A DNA stretch of 39,508 bases from Octopus bimaculoides (Eukaryota), in the NCBI RefSeq assembly GCF_001194135.2, contig NC_068988.1, forward strand, positions 19,154,151-19,193,658. Reading direction: 5' to 3'. Both the position numbers and the translations under genes were made by a program. The notes under the pieces were generated by a model. That model did no database searches. It saw only the letters and a list, made by a program, of their open reading frames with translations, and was not told the origin of the DNA. Positions 20,862 to 33,414 of this stretch are shown here, one piece after another (the stretch's first letter is position 1; every line of letters begins with the position of its first letter).

Positions 20862-22960
20862 TGCATAGATCTGCATTTCCACTTAATCATATTTAGCACA
20901 TACATTTATTTCCCAAAATAAAATTATATATTTACACATATTTATACGTTACGTACACATACATACAAACACATACAAACACACTCAAACATTCGATCAC
21001 ACACATTTATGCATAGCTAGCTAGGTATATATGTATATACATACATACATACATACGCACACATACATACATACATACATACATACGTACATACATACAT
21101 ACATACGTTCATATATACATATATATTCATACGTACTTCGATGCACACGGATGCTGATTTATATATATNNNNNNNNNNNNNNNNNNNNNNNNNNNNNNNN
21201 NNNNNNNNNNNNNNNNNNNNNNNNNNNNNNNNNNNNNNNNNNNNNNNNNNNNNNNNNNNNNNNNNNNNNNNNNNNNNNNNNNNNNNNNNNNNNNNNNNNN
21301 NNNNNNNNNNNNNNNNNNNNNNNNNNNNNNNNNNNNNNNNNNNNNNNNNNNNNNNNNNNNNNNNNNNNNNNNNNNNNNNNNNNNNNNNNNNNNNNNNNNN
21401 NNNNNNNNNNNNNNNNNNNNNNNNNNNNNNNNNNNNNNNNNNNNNNNNNNNNNNNNNNNNNNNNNNNNNNNNNNNNNNNNNNNNNNNNNNNNNNNNNNNN
21501 NNNNNNNNNNNNNNNNNNNNNNNNNNNNNNNNNNNNNNNNNNNNNNNNNNNNNNNNNNNNNNNNNNNNNNNNNNNNNNNNNNNNNNNNNNNNNNNNNNNN
21601 NNNNNNNNNNNNNNNNNNNNNNNNNNNNNNNNNNNNNNNNNNNNNNNNNNNNNNNNNNNNNNNNNNNNNNNNNNNNNNNNNNNNNNNNNNNNNNNNNNNN
21701 NNNNNNNNNNNNNNNNNNNNNNNNNNNNNNNNNNNNNNNNNNNNNNNNNNNNNNNNNNNNNNNNNNNNNNNNNNNNNNNNNNNNNNNNNNNNNNNNNNNN
21801 NNNNNNNNNNNNNNNNNNNNNNNNNNNNNNNNNNNNNNNNNNNNNNNNNNNNNNNNNNNNNNNNNNNNNNNNNNNNNNNNNNNNNNNNNNNNNNNNNNNN
21901 NNNNNNNNNNNNNNNNNNNNNNNNNNNNNNNNNNNNNNNNNNNNNNNNNNNNNNNNNNNNNNNNNNNNNNNNNNNNNNNNNNNNNNNNNNNNNNNNNNNN
22001 NNNNNNNNNNNNNNNNNNNNNNNNNNNNNNNNNNNNNNNNNNNNNNNNNNNNNNNNNNNNNNNNNNNNNNNNNNNNNNNNNNNATATATATATATATATA
22101 TATATATATACAAACACTCACCAAATACGTGTATATATGTATATATATACGTATGAAATGTGTGTTTTATTACCGTGAATGTAATTACTTAGATACACCA
22201 CTAAATGTATACATACGAACATATGTATATTCATACATAAATATATAACAGCTCGTGCATACGCGTGTGTGAGAGTTTGGGTAATGCTTATGTGTCTATG
22301 CATGAGTGTGTGTATGTATATACATGCACATTTTTCACACACACACTTTTCTTTTCTTATACATATATACAAACTCATATATTTACAAAAATACATTTAT
22401 CCATTATATTTAGATGGGTTGTGTATATGCAACAAAACATAAGCACGGGTATAATATAAAACGGCTGTATGCATACATACATACGTAGACACATGCACAC
22501 GTACATACACGCATATATGCATACATACATGTAATTATTCATACAAACACAGACACGGGTACAATATTAAACGGCTGTATACATACATACATACATACAT
22601 ACATACATACATACATACATACATACATACATACATACATACGTGTATGCATACATACAAACAAACAAACAGAAAAGAATGAAATTAATGTTACCCCACA
22701 TTTTTTGTTGATGACCTAAAGTTATTTACATACATACATACATTCATACATATTTACATACATGTATACACACATTCATACATACATACATACATACATA
22801 CATACATAAATACATACATACATACATACATACATGCATACATTCATACACACATTCATACATACATACATACATGCATACATACATACATAGATATATA
22901 TATACATACATACATACATACACACATACATACATGCATGCATACACACATAAACATCTA
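20330..22960. repeat. Large (TA)n/(CA)n/(TACA)n low-complexity block containing a gap
   Basis: Direct inspection; includes a 110-bp-period duplication CACGGGTA.AATA..AAACGGCTGTAT at 22444 and 22554. Confidence 0.9.
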
Positions 22961-23269
22961 TATATTCACATAGTAATTATGATGCTGTTGATCTTGCTGC
23001 TTTTGTTGTTGTTGTTGTTGCATTTGTTATTTTTGCTGTTGTTTAGCCTGAGGTCATCTCTGGTTAAATAAATCTGTGATCACTGGTATTTCAGCCTCAT
23101 CCATCCATCTTTTTTTTTTTTCCAAGCAAATTGTCCGATTTAAAAATCAAACCTGGGATTCTATGTCGGCGTAATAACAGTTTTCTCTAAATCTTTTCAC
23201 CCATTTTTTTGATCGTCTCTTTCAGAACGGCTGAGCATTGATAAGGACCGATGATTCCTACTATGTAAC

Positions 23270-23388
23270 ATGGCTGCAGGTTGGCTGTGTCGGTAAAGCG
23301 TCTGACAGAATTTGTTGTTGTATTCATTCCAACTACCTGCACTCCGAGTTCAAATGTCCACAAGGTCGACTTGCCTATGATCCTTTCT
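23270..23388 (+). mobile_element. SINE family B 5' fragment
   Basis: GAGTTCAAATGTCCACAAGGTCGACTTGCCTATGATCCTTTC. Confidence 0.65.
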
Positions 23389-23699
23389 GCTTCTTCGTCT
23401 TCTCTGAAAGAAATTGGTTCTGGAGAAGGCAAAGTCCTCTAGCCTTCTCCAGATGGGTAGAGGATTCTCCTCTTTAAAATACCCAGGGTTTTCCATATAT
23501 CACGACAGCATCCCTACACATCTTCCAGAAGGTGAAAATCTTAGGAAGGAAGCATCTTTAACTTGTTGAGTCTCGCGGAAGCGGCATTGCTAATGACCTT
23601 TACCGAACCTCCGAAATTAGTGAGCAGGATAACTTTAAATTTTCGTTTAAACACTTGCAGATCATCACACGCAGAAAAGCCATGAGCAGAAAAAAGATT

Positions 23700-24200
23700 C
23701 CGCAGGGTTGATGTTCTATGAAGATAGGGATTGGTATAATGGTTAGTTCGAGGTCTAGGAATTAAATGTACCAGGAGCGATATTAAGTGGAAAAACAAGT
23801 GAAGTGGAGCGCCTGAATGGTGGTAGTAAGAGACCGGTGAGCTCCAGGAACAGATGTCATTATAACCGCGATAGAACGTACAAAGAATGGAGACAACCCG
23901 CCTGTGAGTCAGATGCTAGAATATGTCTGTTAGTGATTTAATATCATTTAGTCGACAGGCTCTTCTCTGGATGCAATCGTGGAAGTCTTGAGTGCCAACT
24001 AGTAGCATCATTCTACATATGGATACATTACTCCTTTATGTTCTTTAGGTTATCAGTAGTTATAGGGGACAAAATATTTTTTGGCAGTCTTTTTGGTGAG
24101 TCTTTGAGATGCGGTCCTGATAATAATGGAATTGTTGTACTTGAGTTTTTTTTTTTGTTGTATTTCTGTTGTGTAACAACATGTTGTCATGTCTTTTTTT
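23700..24200 (+). mobile_element. Probable decayed APE-endonuclease fragment of a LINE (RTE/L2/CR1-like)
   Basis: IGIGIMVSSR (~23724) and VVIGDKIFFG...GPDNNGIVVLEF (24055-24150) resemble the APE motifs GVGI and GDFNAxxG...NxNGxxLxEF. Confidence 0.42.
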
Positions 24201-24594
24201 TTGGGGGGGGGCTCACAAAGTGAAGGCATAGGATCTGCTGTCCTGACATTTGGTTTTAACGTGGGCACCTTTACAACTTACCAAGTCTGTACACTATCGA
24301 TTTCTTTCAGAAAGAAAGATGGAGATAGAGAACAAAGAGAAGGAGAGAGGGGAGAGGGGAGAAAGAGGGAGAGAGAAAACGACAAGCTGTAAGAAAGTAA
24401 AAAAGACAATCCGTCTGCTAAAGTCATTCGTAAGGAAATTATCGGTCCTGATCTACAGTAGAAGACACTTGCCGAAGGGACTGAACCCAAAACGACAAGA
24501 CTGCAGAGAAAACTTCTTAATTCTTAACGATACAACCACAATTTTAAAGCAAAGTTTCCTAACGATATTTAGTTGAATATGAACAATATATTCT

Positions 24595-24711
24595 TTCTCT
24601 GTCTGTATGTCAGTTTGTCTGTCTGTCTGACCGTCTGTCTGTCTGACCGTCTGTCTGTCTGTCTGACTGTCTGTCTGTCTGACTGTCTGCCTGCTTCTCT
24701 GCATGTCTGTC

Positions 24712-24742
<31 letters not shown>

Positions 24743-24910
24743 TAGTGTCTTTCACTCTGTCTGTCTGCCGGTTTGATTCTCTGCCTCATTCTCTGTCCCT
24801 CTGTCTATGTCTCTGTTTCTGTCTGTCTGTCTGTCTGTCTCTGTCTCTGACTGTCTTTCTTTCTCTGTCTCTGTCTGTCTGTCACTCTGTCACTCTCTCG
24901 CTTTCTCTCT
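24595..24910. repeat. (CTGT)n/(CT)n microsatellite block
   Basis: Direct inspection. Confidence 0.9.
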
Positions 24911-25559
24911 TTCTCACCCACGTTTCCTCTCGAGCATTTTTCCCAATAATTTCCAGCACAATTAATTATAGTAGTTTTTAATTCCTATTCCTACTTTCCT
25001 TCATTTATATAAAAATCTCTTCCCAATTTCCTTCATTACAACCTGTTCTCCCATTCTTTTTGTTTTACATTTTCCCTTTTATCCCCTTTTCTTCCTTTCG
25101 TTCCTTTTCTCATTTCTTTCTTCTTTCTTTTCTCCCTTCATTCCCAATATTGCACCAAACAACCTACAAATTGCCATATAACTGCAGCGCAGTAATAGGA
25201 AAATTAGTTTCTAGTGGGAATTTCAACTGCGTATGTGTATACGTAATACATACAGTTTTCATTTATATATTCACCAGCATATCCATCCATCCATCCATCC
25301 ATCCATCCATCCATCCATCCATTCATCTCTTTCTATATAGCTGTCTCTCTCGCTCTCTCTCTCTATATATATACATGTCTCTCTCTAAAAACCTTTCTGA
25401 ATATCCATACATATATGCGTACAAGCATACATAAGTACATTCATATTTGAATATACATACACACACAGAGACACACACACACACTAATACATAAATAGAT
25501 TCACACATACATACATACATATATAAAAATACATATCTACATAAATACATACAGATATA

Positions 25560-25900
25560 CATATACTTATACACACAAATACAAAAAATACATATATACA
25601 TACATACATAAGTACATACAGTTATACATATATTTATACACGCAAATACATACATACATAAGTACATACAGATATACATATACATACACACACAAATACA
25701 TACATACATAAGTACCTACAGATATACATATATATATATATATACACACACACACAAATACATACATACATAAGTACATACAGATATACATAAAAATACA
25801 CACACAAATACATACATACATAAGTACATACAGATATACATATAGATACACACAAAATACATACATACATAAATACATACAGATATACACATACACATAT
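25560..25900. repeat. ~50-bp higher-order minisatellite derived from (TACA)n
   Basis: AAGTACATACAGATATACATA recurs at about 25610, 25660, 25710, 25772 and 25822. Confidence 0.85.
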
Positions 25901-26376
25901 ACATACATATACATACATACATACATATATGAGTGTTTCTGAATGTATGTGTATACGCTGCCCCTCCCCCCCCCGTCTTCCACATATATGAACAACAATA
26001 CATATGTACAAATCATACGCAGGAGTGTTTGAGAGTGTGTGAGAGGCAATTGTGATCATAAATTGTGTTAGAATATGTATATAATGTGCAAAATATTATA
26101 TCATGTTTAGTATATGTCTGTTAATATTATAAGACAGATGTAATTTTTAGCTAAACGAAATGTCATCTCGTTACTTTAAGGCAGCATTTTTTTTCTTTTT
26201 CTTTTAATGAAAGAACAGGAGTAAAAAAAAAAAAAAAAAATTAAAACACATCAAATGAAAAACATTTCAGTATTACTTCATCGATTGTAAAAATTACTGC
26301 AAGTACTGCTGCTACCGCTGCTGCTGCTGCTACAACAACAATAAAAGCAGCAACAAACAACAACAACTGCTACTGT

Positions 26377-26424
<48 letters not shown>

Positions 26425-26617
26425 AGATGATAATGATAATAATTATGATAATAAAAATAGTAATGGTAATAATAATAATAATAATAACAACAACAATAAC
26501 ACTAATAGTTATTAAAACCATTTACCCTTATACATACATATATATAATATAGTATATCATACATGGATACATTAATACAAGCGTACATATATATGTGTAT
26601 GTGAGTGTGTGCGTATC

Positions 26618-26683
<66 letters not shown>

Positions 26684-27237
26684 GATACACATATATACAC
26701 AAGCCCGCATACACGCATATATGATAAGTGTATGTCAAAAAATTATACTCACAAATGAATATGAATACATGTGAATTTATTGATGTTTATAGAAATATAT
26801 ATATATTTATAGATATATTTGTTGCATACGTATACATGTGCATACTCAAGCACATATATCCACATATATACATATGTATATACGCATATTTTAGAGGTAA
26901 CTTATTAAGCTACGTTGATTTTTCCAAACAAGATATATATTTAACAAACATCAGTATAACCAATCATTTTCTCCACAAGATAAAACTAGGAATATCTAGA
27001 ATCATCGATTGACCTGGGAACTTTATGGTTCCAATTAAAATATGGAAGAATGGTATATGAAGTATCTTATTAAAAATAACTGCACCCATTTACATAAGCA
27101 CAGACTCACTCGCATATATACATAAATATATGTGGGTATGAATGCATGTATGTGTATGAATATTCATATATATAGTACGTATATGTGAGTATTTATATGT
27201 ATGTATGCATTCGTCTGAACACATGTATGTGGATTGA

Positions 27238-27480
27238 AGGAGCGTAGGATTTAATGGTTATTGGTTTGGGCCCTCCGATCATTGAGTAATTGTTTCGATC
27301 TCCTGTCCAGGTGATGCGTTATGTCATTGGGAAAGGTACTTCGTTTCAGGTCACCCCGGTTTATTCAACTGAAATTTATGAGTAGTCGAGCGATGGTGCT
27401 GTGCTCTCTTCCACTCCTCTGTGTCTGTCTCTCCCCAGCTATCACATCCTGGATACACTGCTGGTTGAAAAGTGAGGACT
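27238..27480 (+). mobile_element. Old tRNA + CORE SINE with a distinct 3' part
   Basis: Degenerate A/B boxes, GTCATTGGGAAAGGTACTT CORE-like segment and ATGAGTAG; unrelated tail. Confidence 0.5.
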
Positions 27481-27704
27481 AATAAAATGCCTCTACCTGT
27501 TCGCATTTATATATGTACCCGAAATAATTCCTGTAAACATGACAGTTTCTATTTAGTCTTATTTGCTTTCAAATGGCACCTATGTTCATGTATGTGGATA
27601 AGCACGAGGCCATTGCATATGCAGATCTATGGTTTGATCCAAATATGTATTCAAAAACATAGATTTGCAAGTTTACGCTTGTATAAATACATTTAATGTA
27701 TGCT

Positions 27705-27915
27705 AATCTTCTGGAATGTTTCTCATGTTTTCATAATTCCATTTAGGGTGCAAAGCAGTAATTCTATCATTAGCTACGTTTTGTGAAGTCCAGTTTCTGA
27801 ATATTGGTGCTGGAGCTATTACTTACCTATCCAATTGCTCCAATAGTTATATCTATAAATTTAACGTGATAGTCCTAATGGAACATCAACGAATTTCGCA
27901 TCAGTTTTCATTTTC
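27705..27915 (-). mobile_element. Decayed 3' fragment of an RLE non-LTR element related to 1230-1680
   Basis: RNSLMFH*DYHVKFIDITIGAIG*V...IQKLDFTKR...ETFQKI matches the RLE C-terminal pattern PDYxFxFxPIxxGALG. Confidence 0.62.
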
Positions 27916-28088
27916 AGTAATTATTAGGAATAAGGTAAGAACGGTGCCCCAGCATCACCGCAGTTCAATGACTGAAACAAGTTAAATATAGAAGTCTGCT
28001 TAAACTGATTTCCTATTCTGAACATATTTTTCCCTTTGCCATATGATTTTGTCTGGTCTGTCAATGGCGGCGATCTATTAGAATCGTT

Positions 28089-28473
28089 TGTTGTTGGCAC
28101 TCCGTCGCTTACGACGTCGAGGGTTCCAGTTGATCCGATCAACGGAACAGCCTGCTCGTGAAATTAACGTGCAAGTAGCTGAGCACTCCACAGACACGTG
28201 TACCCTTAACATAGTTCTCGGGGATATTCAGCGTGACACGGTGTGACAAGGCTGACCCTTTGAATTACAGGTACAACAGAAACAGGAAGTAAGAGTGAGA
28301 GAAAGTTGTGGTGAAAGAGTACAGCAGGGTTCGCCACCATCCCCTGCCGGAGCCTCGTGGAGCTTTAGGTGCTTTTGCTTAATAAACACTCCCAAAGCCC
28401 GGTTTGGGAATCGAAACCGCGATCCTATGACCCCGAGTCCGTTGCCCTAACCACTGGACCATTGCGCCTCCAC
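28089..28473 (-). mobile_element. tRNA-derived SINE family A, full length, 12-bp TSD
   Basis: TSD ATTAGAATCGTT at 28077-28088 and 28474-28485; lies next to a family C tail fragment (27925-27990, minus). Confidence 0.93.
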
Positions 28474-29013
28474 ATTAGAATCGTTAAAGCCTCTAAAAAA
28501 GACATGTTTTGCTTTATTTCCTTCCGGCTCTTGCGTTCTGTGTATAAATTTTCTTGATATAAATTTTGCTAATCATCCCTTCGGGTCCATTGAAATATAG
28601 TAACAGTCAAGTACTAGGGCACACGCACACACTCACACACACCCGTGTGCGCACACTCACACACACCCGTGCGCGCACTCACACAGGCAGAGATCCAGGC
28701 ATGTGTATGTCGCACACATATACGCACATTTATGACAAAATTGACAGTCTCCTCGAGTCTCGCTCAACTGCAGATTGATCACACATTCGCCATTCCGAGT
28801 TTCTAGCTTTTATATGCGTACGTTCAGGTAAAGGACATACGAATAAGCTACTCTATGTATTGAGTACAGCTATATTTTGCTCACATCTTCAGCGGTTAGT
28901 TGTTTGTTTCAACTCTTTCAAGCTAGTGGTGCACAGAAAATAGTAACTCAATAATTTTACCGTTTCTCTAGACAAAAATATTATGAAATGAGTATCACTG
29001 TAAAAAAAAAAAA

Positions 29014-29052
<39 letters not shown>

Positions 29053-29835
29053 CTCAATATAGACAAAAAGAAAATCCCCAAAAGACCAATATCAATTGCT
29101 TATTCTATAGATGGAATATGCATATTGGGATTTTTATTTTCCTTTTGAAATGCGTTCATATGAATGCATATCTGATTTATTTTGGCGAATACCAGGAGTC
29201 CTGTGATCCTTTGTAAATATCTTGCTCGGTAAAAATAAATAAAAATCTAAAATAAAAGATAAACATAAAACATGGCGTAGAAAACAGATGAAATTTACCT
29301 GAAATGATGCACATAAACGACGGTTTATCTTCAGAAGTATGTACTGTAGGTGACAGCATAGACGCGTTGAAGTCATTTTTCTTTTATCTCGCATGGGCTT
29401 TATTTATATGTTTGACATCTGAAGACTAAGGAACGCGTTTTAGAAAAAACAAATTTCACTTCATGAAACCTGCTGCCGACTCAAAATTCTAAATTAAAAA
29501 TTATATTAAGCTGAATTCGCCATTTCACTCAGATGATAAATAAGTTAATATGAATCTCGATGTAAAATAAGTCACGAACTGACTTCAAAGTTGAAAACTC
29601 CATTTAATAACGCTCTGCCTTACTTCCGCCCACATCAAACACGTCAACAAGAGAGCAAAATAAGAAATGAATAAAACGTAAAAATGTAAAAAATAGTTAG
29701 ATAAATAAAATAAATATAAGCAAAACTGAATATATGAAAAGATATTAGGATCTGACGGTCACATGGGAATATTGGGAGATCGATAACATTCAAGAAATAA
29801 AATATTTTAAAAAATTAATTAAAAGAATAGCAGAA

Positions 29836-30229
29836 GTAGATGAAGGCGTGGGTGTGTGGTAAGAAGTTTACTACAAAACCATATGGTTCAGAGTTCAATT
29901 CCACTGCGCGACACCTTGGGCAAGCGTCTTTTAGTATCGTCTCGGGCCGAAGAACCATGAGAGTGAATTTGGTAGACGAAGAAAGCCCGTCATGTATACC
30001 TATGTGTGTTTGTGTGTGTCGGCGTGCCTTTGTGCCTGTGTTTGTCTCCCCACCCACATCGCTTTACAACTGGTGCTGGTGTGTTCATGTCTCCGTAACC
30101 TTGCGGTTCGGCAAAAGACACCGATAGAATAAATAACAGGCTCACAAAATTAAATACTGGGGTTGATTCATTCGATTAAAATTTTTCAAAGCAGTGCCCC
30201 AGCATGACCGCATTCTAGTAACTGAAACA
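29836..30229 (+). mobile_element. tRNA/CORE SINE family C
   Basis: GGCGTGGGTGTGTGGTAAGAAG head, CACCTTGGGCAAG, internal (TG)n, and CCCCAGCATGACCGCA tail. Confidence 0.88.
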
Positions 30230-30231
30230 CT

Positions 30232-30585
30232 AGCCGATGCCCGTTTATACGAAACTGCAGCTGTATGTGCGTCGCTGCTGCTATAAATACGTACTTGCGG
30301 CTGAAACAACAAACCTGAACACGTAAGTACGAAACAATGACGACAAAAATAAGCTCCACAACGTAAATCTGTACCCACCGACGCAACAGCGTGCATAGCG
30401 TCGCAAAACGTGCCCAAAGCCGCAACTACGTATTCCAAGCCGTAAATACCAGCCGATGCCCGTTTATACGAAACTGCGACAGTACGTGCGTCGCTGCTGC
30501 TATAAATACGTACTTGCGACTGAAACAACACACCTGAACACGTAAGCACGAAGCAATGGAATCAAAAATAAACCCCAAAGTACAA
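30232..30585. repeat. CpG-rich 219-bp-period tandem repeat (1.6 units)
   Basis: AGCCGATGCCCGTTTATACGAAACTGC at 30232 and 30451; about 135 bp of close similarity. Confidence 0.9.
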
Positions 30586-30717
30586 GCACTAATAAATAAT
30601 ATCAAGAAAAAAATAATCGCATGACAATTCCCTTAAAGTTGAACAATAAGCAATTAGACCCCAAATGGTCTCCCTCCCCCAGACTGTTAAGCCTCAGTAT
30701 TACTGAGAATTAAATCA

Positions 30718-30930
30718 GTGAGCTGGCCGAGTCGTTAGGCACGCCGGGCAAAATGCTTAGCGGTATTTGGTCCGTCTTTACGTTCTGAGTTCAAATTTCG
30801 CCGAGGTCGACTTTGTATTTCATCCTTTCGAGGTCGATAAAATAAGTAGCATTTGAGCACTGCGGTCGATGTAATCGACTTACCATCTCCCCGAAATTGC
30901 TGGTCTAGTGTCAAAATTTGAAATCAATAT
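30718..30930 (+). mobile_element. CORE SINE family B, near full length
   Basis: GAGCTGGCCGAGTCGTTAG, GAGTTCAAATTTCGCC and TCATCCTTTCGAGGTCGATAAAATAAG. Confidence 0.9.
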
Positions 30931-32372
30931 ACCGAGTATTTCCCACGGCTGAAGCAAATGCTTAACATAACTGGATACAAGGTCATCCCAAAACTTGACC
31001 TAGCGCCACTCAACATTTAGTGATATTCTACAAAGCTCAGTAGCATGTTAGTGTTGTTCCCTAATTTATGACGATGCTGATCACATGCAGAGAAAGGCCC
31101 TCAATTGGTTAGCACACAGTCACTCACAGACGACATACTCCCGCCTCTGGCATACAACCGTGCTGTTTTTCTCTCACTGGTTTTTCTACCACTGCTATAT
31201 TATGACCTTTGCATCTAGGAGCTGATTAGACTTGTGCCCCTTCACCACCTCCACCATCACCACCATCATCAAGCTTTATACTGCTGAGAACATATGAAAC
31301 AAGGACTGGTTAAAAATTAGTAAAAAGCATGAGTGTTTAGGACAAATTATGAAAATACTTTGGACAGGCAAGCCATCGATTATTCGAGAGCGGAAGACAA
31401 GATATGCTGGTCCCTGCTAACGGAGGGAAGACAAAATTTGAGTTATTTTTGTGGATTCTGAGCCAAGGGAATTTCCCATGTTCACCGACCCAGAATGATA
31501 TACATTAACCATCTCCCTTGTGAATTCGATTTACAAATAGAAGACCTCAAAATGTCATGAAAAACAGAACCACTTGGAGATAGAGTGATATTCGTCCGGG
31601 CAACCCGCCCGAAACGATGGGGAATTTCGACAGGCAAACGGTTAATACTTTCAAGCCCTAAACATTTGTTAATAGTAAAACACAGTTTCAATTTTTTGAA
31701 TAAGTTAAATATTTATTCTGACGTAGAAATAAAATGTTATAAAACATTTACAATGTTTTAAACAAGGTAAGTTACAACACAAAGAAGAAGACTAAGGTAA
31801 TTCGCTATTTCATTCTTTTGTTTTATTTTTGTATTTATTTATTTATGCATTTATTTTTCCATGACATCATATTTACACCTTGTTATTTTTCTGTTTTTAT
31901 TGCTTGTTCTTTCGTAGACACCACGTGGTCACGAAAAAATATTTGCATAATTATCTTTATTTTTATTTCTAAACTTTGAATTAATATCTCGGTTAATCAG
32001 TAGTAACATCAATATTTCTTTTACACTCATAAAATTGTTAGCAACAATAATGATAATATTTAAGTTTTTGCATGACTGAAAGCATTAGTCTAATAATTGG
32101 CTTGATAGACGTTAGATATTAATACTTTTATTTGTACAGTGAAATTTTTGATGTAAAGTTTTAATAAAGATAGTGAAAATTTAATAAATTTAAAAACAAA
32201 ATAACTGCTTTTAAAATCATTTTTCCTCTTATTGTTTCTCTTTATTTTATTCGTAACGAATTAAAAAACGAAATTTCTTCTTTCGTAATTATCCTTAAAA
32301 CCTTATTTCTATCAGCAATTTCTACGCATAGTCCATAATTAAATATAAATAATTAAATCATAAAATTATGGC

Positions 32373-32400
<28 letters not shown>

Positions 32401-32403
<3 letters not shown>

Positions 32404-32598
32404 GTTCTGTCACAAGGCCAGTAATTTCGGTGGAACGGTTAAGTCAATTACTTCGATCCCAGAGTTCAACTGGTACTTATTTTATCGACCTCTAAAAGGA
32501 TGAAAGGCAAAGTCGACCTCGGCGGAATTTGAACTTAGAACGAAAAGTCAGGAGAAATGGCGCTAAGCATTTTGCCCGGTGCGCTAACGATTCTGCCA
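32401..32598 (-). mobile_element. CORE SINE family B
   Basis: Reverse complement of the 30718 copy; an inverted partner fragment lies at 32850-32972 (+). Confidence 0.88.
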
Positions 32599-32601
32599 TG
32601 A

Positions 32602-32763
<162 letters not shown>

Positions 32764-33185
32764 GGCCTAATAAAGTAGCACAATTCACATTACATACTGC
32801 ACATAACAAAACTCAGAGTGCCATAACAGGAAAATGTTCCGCCGTGGTCCAATTTACCTTCCAACCTTTCAGGGTCGATAAAATAAGTACCAGTTGAGTA
32901 CTGGGGTCGATGTAATCGACTTATCTCTCCCTCAAACTTGCTGGCCTTGCGCCAAATTTTTTGAAGCCACTATAACGAGAAGTATCAAACTGAGCCCCAT
33001 AGCGAAACTAAGTGTGCAGTGTACCAAACAGGGGCTGTGTACACTCCTCGAATTCCCACACAAATAAGGACACAATGCCGCGCACACACCAGGAACATGG
33101 AGATGCATCAGGTGGTACAATAGAGACTCGTACAAAAGTAAGGGAGACAAACATCTTATGATGATCATGATGATGATGATGATGA

Positions 33186-33222
<37 letters not shown>

Positions 33223-33227
33223 GGTGG

Positions 33228-33263
<36 letters not shown>

Positions 33264-33414
33264 CAGTAGCAGCAGCAACAGCAAGAACAACAACAGCAGC
33301 AACAACAAAATGGCGAAATTAGGAAGTGAAAGAAATTTGTCTTTTTCCACATTGTATAAATTATGGCCAAACAATGTCTGAATAATAATTTAATTGTAGA
33401 CGTCTTGGAAAACT

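Noticed and set aside
27821-27853. Minus-strand AG|GTAAGT donor with an apparent 26-nt exon
   Set aside because: The sequence translates as part of the RLE retrotransposon fragment (DYHVKFIDITIGAIG).
28862-28895. Minus-strand CUGAAGA..AAAA followed by a near-palindrome (hammerhead-like); also CTGAAGA strings at ~8023 and ~29419
   Set aside because: Helix I cannot form and core positions are missing; not distinguishable from chance without homologues.
31330-31700. Possible Tc1/mariner-like peptide (GDRVIF, RWGIST)
   Set aside because: Similarity too weak; no DDE spacing or TIRs found.
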